Assembly (NCBI GenBank): GCA_934141145.1
Contig: CAKPCA010000001.1
Coordinates: 31,500 to 95,499, forward strand
Reading direction: 5' to 3'
Origin: an uncultured Bacilli bacterium
GTDB lineage: Bacteria; Bacillota_I; Bacilli_A; RF39; UBA660
Length of the DNA stretch: 64,000 nucleotides
Part shown: positions 38,895 through 49,715 of the stretch, piece after piece
Layout: each line of letters begins with the position of its first letter
How positions within the stretch are numbered: the stretch's first letter is position 1
Notes under the pieces: generated by a model
The model's database searches: none
What the model was told of the DNA's origin: nothing
What the model saw: only the letters and a program-made list of their open reading frames with translations
Program-made: the position numbers and the translations under genes

Positions 38895-39566
38895 CTATTT
38901 ACTTTCTATGTATATATCACCCCCTTTAATACGATATATTACATCAGCATTTTGTGCTACTTTCTTAGAATGTGTTACTACAATAACACATTTTCCTTTA
39001 TCAACTAAATCTTTAAATATTTTAATAATTCTTTCTTCGGTTTCTTCATCCAAATTACCAGTTGGTTCATCTGCCATTAAAAATTCAATATCACCGACTA
39101 AACTTCTTGCTATTGCAACTCTTTGTTGTTCTCCACCAGATAACTTTAAAATTGTTCTATCTGCTGTATTATTATCTATACCAAGCATATTTAATAATTT
39201 TAATGCTTCTTTTTTCTTATCTTTTATTTTTAAATGCATTATATCCATTGGGACTATCACATTTTCAAGAGCAGTCATATATGGTATTAAGTTATATGAT
39301 TGGAATATAATATTTACATTGTTTAATCTGTATTTACTGTATCCAATTTTCTTAATACTTTCTTCATTATAAAATATATTTCCTTCTTCTAATGTATCAA
39401 GACCTGATATTAATGATAGAAATGTTGTTTTACCACTTCCGCTTTCTCCAAGTATGGCATAAAACTTACCAGTTTCAAATTCACAAGAAATGTTATTTAA
39501 TACTTTTTTTCTTTTTATACCATCTTGATATGTATGTGATAAATTCATAACTTTTATTTTACTCAT
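38895..39566 (-). CDS. ABC transporter ATP-binding protein (MacB/BceA-like)
   Basis: Walker A GESGSGKTT, signature LSGGEQQR, and a Walker B. Confidence 0.9.
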   Translation of the reverse strand: MSKIKVMNLSHTYQDGIKRKKVLNNISCEFETGKFYAILGESGSGKTTFLSLISGLDTLEEGNIFYNEESIKKIGYSKYRLNNVNIIFQSYNLIPYMTALENVIVPMDIMHLKIKDKKKEALKLLNMLGIDNNTADRTILKLSGGEQQRVAIARSLVGDIEFLMADEPTGNLDEETEERIIKIFKDLVDKGKCVIVVTHSKKVAQNADVIYRIKGGDIYIESK

Positions 39567-39569
39567 AAA

Positions 39570-40979
39570 CTACTCCTTTCTAGATAATATATCTTTAGGA
39601 TCACTATTTAATATTTTTATTGATGGAATCACCATTGATATAACTATTATTAATGATTCTACTAAAACCAATATTAGTATATCTTTTGAAGAAACGTCTA
39701 CATTTAATTCATCAATAACACTTACATTACTATTAGACTCCATAAATTTAGCATCTCCTCTAAATCCATTACCTCTCTTATTTTGATTAAAATCTTCTGT
39801 TTGACTTACTTGATTATCAAGTATTACATTTGCAAATTTTTGACTTACAAATTTAGAAGTTCCTATTGCAAGTATGAAAGATATAAATGTAATCATTAAT
39901 AATTCCAATATAAATTGACCTATTATTTTTATTTTCTTTTCACCAAGTGATAACAATACTCCAATCTCATAATTTCTTTCTTTTAAAGAATTTATAATAA
40001 TTAAACTTATAATTACTATTGCAGATACAGTTACTACAACTAAAACAATATTTGAAAATGATTGTACTCCTTTTATAGAAGATACCATTCTATCATATGA
40101 ATTAGTATCAATATCAAGAGTTAAGTTTCTATCACTTAAATCAGTTACTAGTTTATTTGCTTCAGTCTTGAATTCATCAACTTTATCTGGATTATTTAAA
40201 TAAAATACTGCGGAAGTAATAGTATAATCACCATCATTATATTCTTCACTACTTAAAAAGCTTTCTGCTGAATTAATATCTATGTAAATCTTATTATAAT
40301 TTGTAAAGCCTTTATTTTCTTTATATTGATAGATTCCAACTATTTTAAGTGTATGTTCTTCACCATCTGAATCTGTTAAAGTAATATTATCTGAAACAGA
40401 TAAGTTATTTGCTTCTGCAAGTTCATATGAAATTATTACGACATTCTTGCTTTCTTCATCAAATGATGCACCATTTACTAATTCTATTTTCTTATTAACA
40501 TAATCATCATCTAACTCAAATATATTTATAGCTTCTACTTCTAAACTATTATTTCTTTCTGGTCCTCTATTATCGTTACTATTACTAGTTGACTCATAAA
40601 GAGAAAATGATTTTTCAGTTGCATTTACATTAAAGGTATATTTAATATCATTAACGTATTTAATTGAAGATATTTTTTGAACATCTGACAATTTAATATT
40701 ACTGTTATTCATTTTTTCATGCATATCCTGCATTTGACTTTTTTTGTCTTCTATAGAACCTTGATCTTCTTTTTTAAATTCATCTCTTAGTTTTGACATA
40801 TCCATAGAAAGTGTTACTGTTCCACCTAATGACTCTTTTGCAAGTTCCATTGATTTATTAGTCGCATTTTTTATAGAAATTGAACATAAAACAAGAGTTG
40901 ATACTATAAAAAGAAATAATAACATAATTATATTTTTTGTTTTTCTTCCTTTTACACTTAAATATGCTCTTCTAAACAT
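39570..40979 (-). CDS. ABC transporter permease, FtsX/MacB-type (4 TM helices with a large extracellular domain)
   Basis: TM1, then a ~270-aa extracellular domain, then three C-terminal TM helices (FtsX fold). Confidence 0.8.
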   Translation of the reverse strand: MFRRAYLSVKGRKTKNIIMLLFLFIVSTLVLCSISIKNATNKSMELAKESLGGTVTLSMDMSKLRDEFKKEDQGSIEDKKSQMQDMHEKMNNSNIKLSDVQKISSIKYVNDIKYTFNVNATEKSFSLYESTSNSNDNRGPERNNSLEVEAINIFELDDDYVNKKIELVNGASFDEESKNVVIISYELAEANNLSVSDNITLTDSDGEEHTLKIVGIYQYKENKGFTNYNKIYIDINSAESFLSSEEYNDGDYTITSAVFYLNNPDKVDEFKTEANKLVTDLSDRNLTLDIDTNSYDRMVSSIKGVQSFSNIVLVVVTVSAIVIISLIIINSLKERNYEIGVLLSLGEKKIKIIGQFILELLMITFISFILAIGTSKFVSQKFANVILDNQVSQTEDFNQNKRGNGFRGDAKFMESNSNVSVIDELNVDVSSKDILILVLVESLIIVISMVIPSIKILNSDPKDILSRKE

Positions 40980-41036
40980 TCTCTTCCTCCTTACAACTTA
41001 ATGATATAAAATCAATGTAGAGAAAAAACTTTAAAA

Positions 41037-41564
41037 TTATGTGAAATTATGTGATATATTTTTTGCCTTTATAATAAGTCTTTTTTGGTTATCCTGTGTA
41101 CAAGTTATAAGAGTTAATATTTTTTTATCATATACGTTATCTAAAACATAAGTATCTTTTATATCTACTATTTCTATATTGTATACTATAAATTTATATT
41201 TGAAGTTAAATGTATTAATAATTATTTCATCATTAATATCTAATCTATAAAGTACTGAGAAAACATTTTTAGTATTATGTCCTGCTAAAACAATATTGTA
41301 TGACGAGCTTTCTATATTACCTTTATTATTTACTAGTGAGATATTTTTAGAATCTAAACTTTCTTCATTTTTTATTAACTTTGTATAGTCATACTTTGGT
41401 ATATTTATATAACCAAAATATTTATTTTCTTTTTGATAAACTTCTTTATTTTCTAAAATATTATCTATTTTTTCATATTCTTTATTATATATAGTACTAT
41501 CACTATTAAATAATACTAATATAGTAATAAGAAAGCTAATTTTGCATAATCTTTTTAATAACAA
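41037..41564 (-). CDS. Small sortase-family transpeptidase
   Basis: LAGH (catalytic His) and TLITC (catalytic Cys) motifs with an N-terminal membrane anchor. Confidence 0.6.
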   Translation of the reverse strand: MLLKRLCKISFLITILVLFNSDSTIYNKEYEKIDNILENKEVYQKENKYFGYINIPKYDYTKLIKNEESLDSKNISLVNNKGNIESSSYNIVLAGHNTKNVFSVLYRLDINDEIIINTFNFKYKFIVYNIEIVDIKDTYVLDNVYDKKILTLITCTQDNQKRLIIKAKNISHNFT

Positions 41565-43275
41565 ACAAAATACCTATTATTGCAAATGGAAATATATTTA
41601 ATAATATATTGCTAGATGAAGATGTAACTGGCATTATTGATTTTTCATTAGTTACTTTTATATCTGAAAGACAACTCATATCATTTACAGAAAAATAAAC
41701 TATTTCTTCATTTAAAATGTATCCACTTGGTACTTTTATTTGTTTTATGTAATATTTACCATAAGGTAATTTTTCTATAGTTATTTTGCCTTCACTATCT
41801 GTTTTACCATTATAAACAATATTATTGTTTTCATCATATACATTTATTTCAACATTTGGAAGAAAAGTACCATCATTAGATGATGTAATATAAACTACAT
41901 CACATTTTACTTTTTCATTAGTAATTTTTATATTTTCAGTAACTATATTAGATTTATCATCTTTATATTTTAACTCTACTTTTTTGTATTCATTATTTAA
42001 AATATATCCTTCTAGTGTACTTATTTCTTTTAAATAATATGTTTCTAAATCTAAATCACTGATATTTATTTTGCCATTAACATCTGTTTTATATGTTTTA
42101 ATAATTTTAAAATTACTATCATATAAACCAATTTCTACACCTTCTAATGGTATATTATCTTCATTTACTTTTAATACATTTATTTCTCCTTTAGGATGAG
42201 AATTAAATACATCTATGTCATAATATTCATTATTTAGCGTTATATTATCATTTATCTCAAATATTTGATTTTCCTTATTAATAACATATCCATTAGATGC
42301 ATTTATCTCTTCTAATTCATATTTTCCTTTTGGTAAAGAAATAATAGCATATCCATTATTTACTTCTAAATATTCATTTATATACTCACCAGTATTAACA
42401 TCTTTTACTTTAAATATAGTACCTTTTTCCTTTATTAAATCTTTCGTTTCGCTATCCCTTTTATTTATTCTTACCTTAACTTTATCTACATTTATAGATA
42501 ATTCAGATTCTTTAAAATCATTAAATCCAAAGAAAACCATAGACTGACTTTCTACACCTTTACTTCTAAATAATAATGTTTCATTATTATTTCCTTTAGT
42601 TCTAAATAAAATTTTATTAGAACCGAATCTATTAAGTTTAATAGTTATAGAATTATTATTTCTATCATAATTTAATGAAGTATCAATAACATAATTATCA
42701 AGTACATTATTAATATCTTCTAAAACTAGAGTTTTACCATAATCATCAGAATAACATCTACCTGTGAATGATGGCATAACATTATGCCTATTAACTAAGT
42801 TTAATATTTCATTTTTCTCATTTTCAACATTAATTTCTTCAGCACCATCTGATAGAGATGTAGTCCATCTCACATAATCATCTTTAAAAAGCCATATTAA
42901 TTCTTGAGTTGCCATATAGTATCTAACTGTATTATGACCTTCATATCCATAACCATAATGAGATATAAGTTCCATTTGTCTTTTTTCTTCATCTGTATAA
43001 CCAGATTGTGTCCAATCATTAGTTGAAGTATATAATTTTGTATTTATTACCTTCCAAGGTTCAATACAATATGATAACTTACCATTTTGATACCTAAATG
43101 GAAGTTTACCATAGGACATTAATATTCCTCTTTTATAGTGATAAGCATAAACCTTATCAATGTATTCTGTTTTTAATTCCGAATCATTTTCTAGAGCATT
43201 TGCATTAAATACAGAACAAAAAAATACAAATACTGAAATTATTACTGCTTTAATTATTTTTTTCATTTTCATCAC
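41536..43275 (-). CDS. Cell-surface thioester-domain (TED) adhesin with three CnaB/prealbumin-like domains and a C-terminal membrane anchor
   Basis: Signal peptide. TED signature Cys in SYCIEPW and Gln in MATQELIW (TQxxIW). Repeated NGY/EGY/SGY-ILN beta-sandwich units. C-terminal hydrophobic segment plus KKIMQN tail. Confidence 0.6.
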   Translation of the reverse strand: MMKMKKIIKAVIISVFVFFCSVFNANALENDSELKTEYIDKVYAYHYKRGILMSYGKLPFRYQNGKLSYCIEPWKVINTKLYTSTNDWTQSGYTDEEKRQMELISHYGYGYEGHNTVRYYMATQELIWLFKDDYVRWTTSLSDGAEEINVENEKNEILNLVNRHNVMPSFTGRCYSDDYGKTLVLEDINNVLDNYVIDTSLNYDRNNNSITIKLNRFGSNKILFRTKGNNNETLLFRSKGVESQSMVFFGFNDFKESELSINVDKVKVRINKRDSETKDLIKEKGTIFKVKDVNTGEYINEYLEVNNGYAIISLPKGKYELEEINASNGYVINKENQIFEINDNITLNNEYYDIDVFNSHPKGEINVLKVNEDNIPLEGVEIGLYDSNFKIIKTYKTDVNGKINISDLDLETYYLKEISTLEGYILNNEYKKVELKYKDDKSNIVTENIKITNEKVKCDVVYITSSNDGTFLPNVEINVYDENNNIVYNGKTDSEGKITIEKLPYGKYYIKQIKVPSGYILNEEIVYFSVNDMSCLSDIKVTNEKSIMPVTSSSSNILLNIFPFAIIGILFVIKKIMQN

Positions 43276-43354
43276 CTTTCAAAATATATATTTGCTTTAA
43301 ATAGGTGATTGTCCCCTAAAAAAATTGATTTTTTTAATTTTTTTGTATATTTTC

Positions 43355-43387
43355 ATAAAAAAAGAAAACAGTATTTAATTGTTTTCT
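43355..43387 (-). terminator. spoIVA terminator
   Basis: AGAAAAC-11 nt loop-GTTTTCT followed by TTTTTTT on the minus strand. Confidence 0.5.
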
Positions 43388-43400
43388 AGTTTAAATGTTA

Positions 43401-44879
43401 TTATAAAACTATAGCTATTAAATTATTAGAACCCTTATTTACAACTTTAGTAAGTGTATTTTGGAGTTTATATCTTAAATTGTCTGGCATAAGTGATAAT
43501 TTTGCTTGTATTCCTTCTTGAACTATTTCGTCTAGGCTTCTACCAAATATCTCACTTTTCCAAATATTATCTGCGCCTTCTTCTTGATTTTTAGTTAAAT
43601 AGTTTATTAATTCTTTTGATTGAATTTCTGAACCTATAATTGGTTCGAATGTACTTTCTACATCTACTCTAATCATATGAATAGATGGTGCGACTGCTTT
43701 TAATTTAACACCAAATCTTCCACCTTGTTTAACTACTTCTGGAGTATCTAACTTCATATCATTAATTGTTGGTATTGCAATACCATATCCAACTTCTTTA
43801 ACCATCTTAAGTGCGCTCTTATACTGTTCAAATTCTTCTTTAGTATCATTATATTCTTGAAATATAGAAAGAAGTTTAGATCTACTATTAACACTTGTTC
43901 CCATTACTTCTTTTAATACTTCATCATATAAATTATTAGGTGCTTTTAATGTTATAGTAACTTCTCCAAGTTCTGGATTTACGCTTGATAAATAAGATTT
44001 TTCTATTTGTTCACAACTTCTAAAGTGAGTATTTATTGTTTCTATATCTCTTAATTTATCTACTTCTACTACACATTCTCTTATTTGATCGATATATATT
44101 TTCTTAAGAGGATGCGATGGTTTTAAGCATGCTATCCAATCTGGAATATCAACTTTAACATTAAGTACAGGGAATTCATATAAAGCCTCCCTTAGAATGT
44201 TATATACATCCTTCTCATTCATAGTTTCAACACTTATTGGTATAACTGGTACATTATGCTCTTCTTTTAATTTTTCCGCAAGTCGTTCTGTCTCTGGAAG
44301 TGTTGGGTGAGTAGAATTTAGAAGTACAATAAATGGCTTACCTATTTCTTTAAGTTCACTTATTACTTCATTTTCTGCATCTAAGTAATTATTTCTTGAA
44401 ATATCACCTATACTACCATCTGTTGTTACTACAATACCTATTGTAGAATGATCCCTAATTACTTTTTCAGTACCTATCTCTGCAGCTTCTACAAAAGGAA
44501 TATCTTCATCATACCAAGGAGTTTTAACCATTCTTGGTTCTCCCATTTCATCCTCATACCCCTTAGCAGCAGGTATAACATAACCAACACAATCAACTAA
44601 TCTTATATTAGCAGAAAAGTCATCAACCTTTATTTTAGCTGCATTACTTGGAACAAATTTAGGTTCTATAGTCATAATAGTTTTACCTTGAGCAGTTTGA
44701 GGAATCTCATCTAAACATCTTTTTCTTTCATATTCATCTTCAATATTAGGTACTACAACATTTTCAATGAATTTCTTTATAAATGTAGATTTACCTGTTC
44801 TAACTGCCCCAACTACACCTAAATATATATCTCCACCAGTTCTTTCTGATATACTCTTTATAATATCTATCTTTTCCAT
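43401..44879 (-). CDS. spoIVA: Stage IV sporulation protein A (coat morphogenetic ATPase)
   Basis: MEKIDIIKSISERTGGDIYLGVVGAVRTGKSTFIKKF Walker A; 492 aa. Confidence 0.95.
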   Translation of the reverse strand: MEKIDIIKSISERTGGDIYLGVVGAVRTGKSTFIKKFIENVVVPNIEDEYERKRCLDEIPQTAQGKTIMTIEPKFVPSNAAKIKVDDFSANIRLVDCVGYVIPAAKGYEDEMGEPRMVKTPWYDEDIPFVEAAEIGTEKVIRDHSTIGIVVTTDGSIGDISRNNYLDAENEVISELKEIGKPFIVLLNSTHPTLPETERLAEKLKEEHNVPVIPISVETMNEKDVYNILREALYEFPVLNVKVDIPDWIACLKPSHPLKKIYIDQIRECVVEVDKLRDIETINTHFRSCEQIEKSYLSSVNPELGEVTITLKAPNNLYDEVLKEVMGTSVNSRSKLLSIFQEYNDTKEEFEQYKSALKMVKEVGYGIAIPTINDMKLDTPEVVKQGGRFGVKLKAVAPSIHMIRVDVESTFEPIIGSEIQSKELINYLTKNQEEGADNIWKSEIFGRSLDEIVQEGIQAKLSLMPDNLRYKLQNTLTKVVNKGSNNLIAIVL

Positions 44880-44964
44880 TTAATCCCTACTTTCTTTATT
44901 AAACTATATGAATTAAATGGTTACATATTACAAAAAAAGAATAAAATAAATTTATTCTTCTAAT

Positions 44965-45207
44965 TTATAACATATTATCTAAGTTATCTGGTACTCTATC
45001 GTTAACAACAGCACTTATTATTTTATCTTCTTGTTCTTTACTTACTTGTTTGCCAGTCATAGAACTAAGTTCATGTATTACTTCTCTTAGAGTATCCTCA
45101 TTTTTCATATTATCTCCTTGCAATTTTTGTGCAAGATTCATAATTGTTGATTTTTTTACATTTGTTTTTTTCTCTACTTTTTTAAAAAAGTTATCACTTA
45201 AATTCAT
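44965..45207 (-). CDS. Small sporulation protein, SpoVIF/YjcC-like (DUF2624)
   Basis: 80 aa; FFKKVEKKTNVKKSTIMNLAQKL ... VSKEQEDKIISAV matches the SpoVIF family pattern; it lies between der and spoIVA. Confidence 0.5.
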   Translation of the reverse strand: MNLSDNFFKKVEKKTNVKKSTIMNLAQKLQGDNMKNEDTLREVIHELSSMTGKQVSKEQEDKIISAVVNDRVPDNLDNML

Positions 45208-45259
45208 TTGGTAACCACCTCTAGTTTAATATATGTCATTTACCTAGAGTTTGTTACTA

Positions 45260-46570
45260 CTATTCTTCACCTTTATTTTTAAATTGTAATACTATTGGTG
45301 TTCCTTCAAAATCAAAATTTTCTCTTATTTTATTTTCTAAATATCTTTCATATGAAAAGTGTACTAATCCTTTATCATTTACATTTAAATTAAATCTAGG
45401 AGGTGTTACTCCTGCTTGGGCACAAAAATATATTTTAAGTCTTCTTCCTTTATATGAAGGTGCTGGGTTTAAGGCATATGCATCTGAAATAACACTATTA
45501 AGTAAACTTGTTTTTATTTCTCTTCTTGAATTTTCATATACTTTTATTATTTCTGGCATAAGTGTATGTAATCTTTTTTTAGTAAGTGCACTTAAAAATA
45601 CTATTGGTATATATGTTAAGAATTGAAATTCTGCTCTCATTTTTTTAGTAAATGTTTTAATATCATTTTTATCATCTACAGTATCCCATTTATTTACTAC
45701 AAATACCATTGGTTTACCTGCTTCTAAAGCATATGCGGCTATATGTTTATCATGTTCAATAATTCCTTCTTCTGCATTTATAACAATTACACATACATCG
45801 CTTCTTTCAATGGCTTTCATAGCTCTAAGTACACTATATTTTTCTACACTTTCAAATATTTTACCTTTTTTTCTCATACCTGCAGTATCAATAACTATAT
45901 AATCTTCTTTTTCATATTTAAACTTTGTATCTACTGAATCTCTGGTTGTACCTGCTTCATTGCTTACAATAACTCTTTCTTCATTCAATAATGCATTAAC
46001 AAGTGAACTTTTTCCTACATTTGGTCTACCGATTAAACAAAATTTTAATATATCTTGATCTTCTTCAACTATATCTTTTGGAAATCCCTTAGTGATTTCG
46101 TTTAATAATTCTTTAAAACCTAAACCATGTTCTCCACTTATAGGAATATAATGCTCAAATCCAAGTTCATAAAAATCAAATAAATTATCCATATGTTTTT
46201 TGTTATCCATTTTATTAATTGCGACAATTACTTTCTTTTTTGATTTATATAAAATATCTCTTACTACATAATCATTTGCAGTTAATCCTTCTTTACCATC
46301 TACAACAAATACTACTACATCTGCTTCTTCAATAGCTATCTCTGCTTGAATTTTTATTTCATTATTAAAAAGTTCTTTACCTACATCTATTCCACCTGTA
46401 TCAATAAGATTAAATTTATATCCATTTTTATTATATACACCATATATTCTATCTCTTGTTATTCCTGGAACATCTTCAATAATAGATACTTTCTTACCAA
46501 TTAATCTATTAAATATAGTAGATTTTCCTACATTTGGACTTCCTACTAACGCAACTGTTGGTATTTTCAT
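45260..46570 (-). CDS. der: GTPase Der (EngA), double GTPase domains plus KH-like domain
   Basis: Two G domains (GSPNVGKST and GRPNVGKSS). Confidence 0.95.
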   Translation of the reverse strand: MKIPTVALVGSPNVGKSTIFNRLIGKKVSIIEDVPGITRDRIYGVYNKNGYKFNLIDTGGIDVGKELFNNEIKIQAEIAIEEADVVVFVVDGKEGLTANDYVVRDILYKSKKKVIVAINKMDNKKHMDNLFDFYELGFEHYIPISGEHGLGFKELLNEITKGFPKDIVEEDQDILKFCLIGRPNVGKSSLVNALLNEERVIVSNEAGTTRDSVDTKFKYEKEDYIVIDTAGMRKKGKIFESVEKYSVLRAMKAIERSDVCVIVINAEEGIIEHDKHIAAYALEAGKPMVFVVNKWDTVDDKNDIKTFTKKMRAEFQFLTYIPIVFLSALTKKRLHTLMPEIIKVYENSRREIKTSLLNSVISDAYALNPAPSYKGRRLKIYFCAQAGVTPPRFNLNVNDKGLVHFSYERYLENKIRENFDFEGTPIVLQFKNKGEE

Positions 46571-46633
46571 AAAAAATCACCTCTTTTTTTAAACAGCATA
46601 ATTATAACATAATATTTTAAAAAAAAGAAGTTT

Positions 46634-47077
46634 TTAAATTTTTACGCCTCTTCCAAGTATCTTATAAACAGTATCGTCATATATAACTGTAGTGTATTCT
46701 AATAGGTTTATATCCATTTTTTTTACATTTAAATAGTATTTATCATCATAATAATATATCTCAGAGTTAATGTATTTAAGTGGATCATCTATTTCATATA
46801 AAAATAATTTATCATTCATTACATTTAAATTTATATGTACTGTATCTTCTTTTTCAATTATTTCTTCATTTATTAGTTCAACTATAATACCATATACTTC
46901 ATTTATATATATATTTATATTGTAATTGTTATTTATTTCAAAATCATAATCGTTAACTAATACATCAAATATATTAGTTAATAATTCTTTTATACTACTA
47001 TTTTCTAATTTGATTTTCTTACCTATAAGATATATTACTACCTTATCACTGTAATAATCAATTTTCAATTGTACCAC
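46634..47077 (-). CDS. Hypothetical acidic protein (147 aa)
   Basis: ORF with RBS AGGTGG; no recognisable domain. Confidence 0.4.
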   Translation of the reverse strand: MVQLKIDYYSDKVVIYLIGKKIKLENSSIKELLTNIFDVLVNDYDFEINNNYNINIYINEVYGIIVELINEEIIEKEDTVHINLNVMNDKLFLYEIDDPLKYINSEIYYYDDKYYLNVKKMDINLLEYTTVIYDDTVYKILGRGVKI

Positions 47078-47105
47078 CTAATTAATTATATGAAAAAAAA
47101 GAAGA

Positions 47106-47711
47106 TTATTCTTCTTCTCCATATACAATTTTACTAATAATATTAGTTACGCTTGATTTGCCTAGTTTTGTTGAACTTGAAAATAATATAAAATTATCAT
47201 TTTCAGTTATACCTAAAGTATCTTTTATTAATTTTTCTTGTTTTTCTCTTAAAGTCTTTCCTATTTTATCTACTTTTGTTGCAATTATAGTTATATTTAA
47301 ATTATAGTACTTTAAGAAGTTATACATAAGTAAATCATCATTTGTAGGTTTATGTCTAAAATCAATAAGTAAAAATACTTCTTTTAGGTTATCTCTATTT
47401 GTAATATATTCTTCTATCATCATTCCAAATTTTTGTTGTCTTTCTTTGCTTACACTTGCGAATCCATAACCTGGAACATCTACTAAATAAAAATCATTAT
47501 TTACATTATAAAAGTTTAATGTTTGTGTTTTACCTGGTTTACCTGATACTCTAGCATAATTTCTTCTTTCAATTATAGAGTTAATAAAACTACTTTTTCC
47601 TACATTACTTCTTCCTACTAATAAAAATTCTGGTTTGTTATCAGTAGGATACTGACTTTGTCTTACTGCACTTATTGATAACTCTACAGTATTAATTTTC
47701 ATGAAAATCAC
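47106..47711 (-). CDS. engB: Ribosome biogenesis GTP-binding protein YsxC/EngB
   Basis: GRSNVGKSSFINS G1 motif; ~200 aa. Confidence 0.9.
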   Translation of the reverse strand: MIFMKINTVELSISAVRQSQYPTDNKPEFLLVGRSNVGKSSFINSIIERRNYARVSGKPGKTQTLNFYNVNNDFYLVDVPGYGFASVSKERQQKFGMMIEEYITNRDNLKEVFLLIDFRHKPTNDDLLMYNFLKYYNLNITIIATKVDKIGKTLREKQEKLIKDTLGITENDNFILFSSSTKLGKSSVTNIISKIVYGEEE

Positions 47712-47755
47712 CTGTTAACATTATAGCAAATAAAAAGAATTAAAGCAAATATGCC

Positions 47756-48121
47756 TTAATTTTGGTTATCTTTTGTATATTTTAAAGTCTTTTTATTTTG
47801 TTTACCAGTTGTATATCTTTGATAATTATCACAGTCAAATACATCGAAATTCAAAACAAAATGTCTTTTTGTTTTTTCTCCATTTTTATGAAGAATTTCG
47901 TCTTCATTTAATATATATGTTGCAATTTTTACATCTAAGGAACCTTCTAAATTCATATGAAGTTTTTTATCACAATCTTCATGACTACATGTAAGACATA
48001 ATTCTTTAATATTTTTTCTTTTTAATTCTTTTCTAAATTTTATATATTCTTCTTTTGAAGCTCTCGTTATTTTACCATTTATTTTAATATAATATTTATT
48101 ATTTTTCTTATCTATAAACAT
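47756..48121 (-). CDS. Small Cys-motif protein, paralog A (121 aa), unknown family
   Basis: KYYIKINGK ... CLTCSHEDC ... FVLNFDVFDCDNYQ, paralogous to the neighbouring ORF. Confidence 0.45.
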   Translation of the reverse strand: MFIDKKNNKYYIKINGKITRASKEEYIKFRKELKRKNIKELCLTCSHEDCDKKLHMNLEGSLDVKIATYILNEDEILHKNGEKTKRHFVLNFDVFDCDNYQRYTTGKQNKKTLKYTKDNQN

Positions 48122-48181
48122 CTTGTCACCTACTTTTTAATATGAATAAAAAATATAAATATTACTAATATTTATATTTTA

Positions 48182-48685
48182 TTATTTTTCTTCATGTTCT
48201 TTTCTATATTGTAAGATTCTTCTATATTCTTGATCTTTTACTGATTGTTCTAGTTTTGAATTCATATTTTTGCTTTGTTCTTTTCTATATCTTTCTTCTT
48301 CATATAATCTATTTTGTATAGATTTTTTTCTTTCTGCTTGTTTTTCTGCTGTAATTTCTTCTTTTGATTTTTTTAATAATTCTTTGAATTTTTGATACAT
48401 TTTGCAATCAAACACAAGAAATTCAATCACATTATATACATTTTCTTTTGTACCATTATATAATATTCTTTCAGTTTCATCTACTATACATATTGCATTA
48501 TTTATTTCTTCACAATAATTTATATTTTTATATGTTATTTTACTGCAATTTGATACTCTACAAGTTGGGCATAAGTTTTGTTCTTTATTATCTTTCATTT
48601 CATTTTTAAATGATAGATATGTTTCTTCTGGAACATTAAATACTTTACCATTCATTTTAACATAATATTTTTTCATAATATTCAC
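48182..48685 (-). CDS. Small Cys-motif protein, paralog B (167 aa, with a basic coiled-coil tail), unknown family
   Basis: KYYVKMNGK ... CPTCRVSNC ... IEFLVFDCKMYQ; shares N-terminal motifs with paralog A. Confidence 0.45.
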   Translation of the reverse strand: MNIMKKYYVKMNGKVFNVPEETYLSFKNEMKDNKEQNLCPTCRVSNCSKITYKNINYCEEINNAICIVDETERILYNGTKENVYNVIEFLVFDCKMYQKFKELLKKSKEEITAEKQAERKKSIQNRLYEEERYRKEQSKNMNSKLEQSVKDQEYRRILQYRKEHEEK

Positions 48686-48734
48686 CTCTTAAAATACATA
48701 TATGATAACAAAAAAATATAAATATGTAAAGTAT

Positions 48735-49703
48735 TTATATTCTATTATTTTTCTGATATTCTAAGCATAATTTATCTAGATCTTCTACTATTTTTCTTAT
48801 ATCTTCTGGATCTTTTAGTCTTGCTCCTGAAGCAAATTTATGACCTCCACCATTGTATCTTTCTAAAACTTTATTAATTTCTGGTCCTCTACTTCTAGCA
48901 TTAACTCTTATTAATCCTTGTTTTATATCTTCTGAAAATGTAACCCATACAAGAACTTCATTAATATTATTAAAGTTATTTACTAAATTACCACTACTTG
49001 CTGGATCTACTTCAAATTTATTAATTATTTCATCTGTTATTTTTAGGTAACCTAGTCCATTTTCTGTTACTATTAGATTTTGATACATATATCCTTGAAG
49101 TCTAATTTCAGAAAGTGGTCTTGCATATAAATCATTATATAGTTCTGTAAAATTAATTTTAGTATCATTTATTAATTTTGAAGTTATACTCATTGTTTTT
49201 GGAGTTGTATAATAGAATAAAAATCTATTAGTATCTGAAACAAGACCCATAAATAATCTTTCTGCAGCATATTTTGTCATTTTTAATTTAGTTTCATATG
49301 TAAGTTCCATTATCATTTGGCATACACTAGATTCTGTATCATCTATCCAAGCAATATCACCAAAGTTATCTATTGCTGGATGATGATCTATCTTTATAAC
49401 ATATTTAAATTTTTTAACATCTTTTACTCCATCAATTCTTTTTAAATCTGGAGTATCTAATACTATTAGTAAAGCATTTTCAAAATCTTCTTCTTTTACT
49501 TTATCAACAGTTCCCATATATTTAAATTTTGATGATGATGCGCCTATTGCATAAACTTCTTTTTTAGGAAATGTATTTTTTATTATTTCTCTAAGTCCTA
49601 TTGAACTTCCTAGTGCATCTGGATCTGCGCCAATATGTCTTGCAATAATTATTTTATCAAATTCTTTTATTTTTTTATATATTGCTTTTTTCATTACTAA
49701 CAC
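48735..49703 (-). CDS. nrnA: DHH/DHHA1 phosphoesterase NrnA (nanoRNase / pAp phosphatase)
   Basis: DHH motifs (IIARHIGADPDALGS; DHH) and a DHHA1 GGGH motif. Confidence 0.8.
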   Translation of the reverse strand: MLVMKKAIYKKIKEFDKIIIARHIGADPDALGSSIGLREIIKNTFPKKEVYAIGASSSKFKYMGTVDKVKEEDFENALLIVLDTPDLKRIDGVKDVKKFKYVIKIDHHPAIDNFGDIAWIDDTESSVCQMIMELTYETKLKMTKYAAERLFMGLVSDTNRFLFYYTTPKTMSITSKLINDTKINFTELYNDLYARPLSEIRLQGYMYQNLIVTENGLGYLKITDEIINKFEVDPASSGNLVNNFNNINEVLVWVTFSEDIKQGLIRVNARSRGPEINKVLERYNGGGHKFASGARLKDPEDIRKIVEDLDKLCLEYQKNNRI

Positions 49704-49715
49704 CTTTTTCTACTT

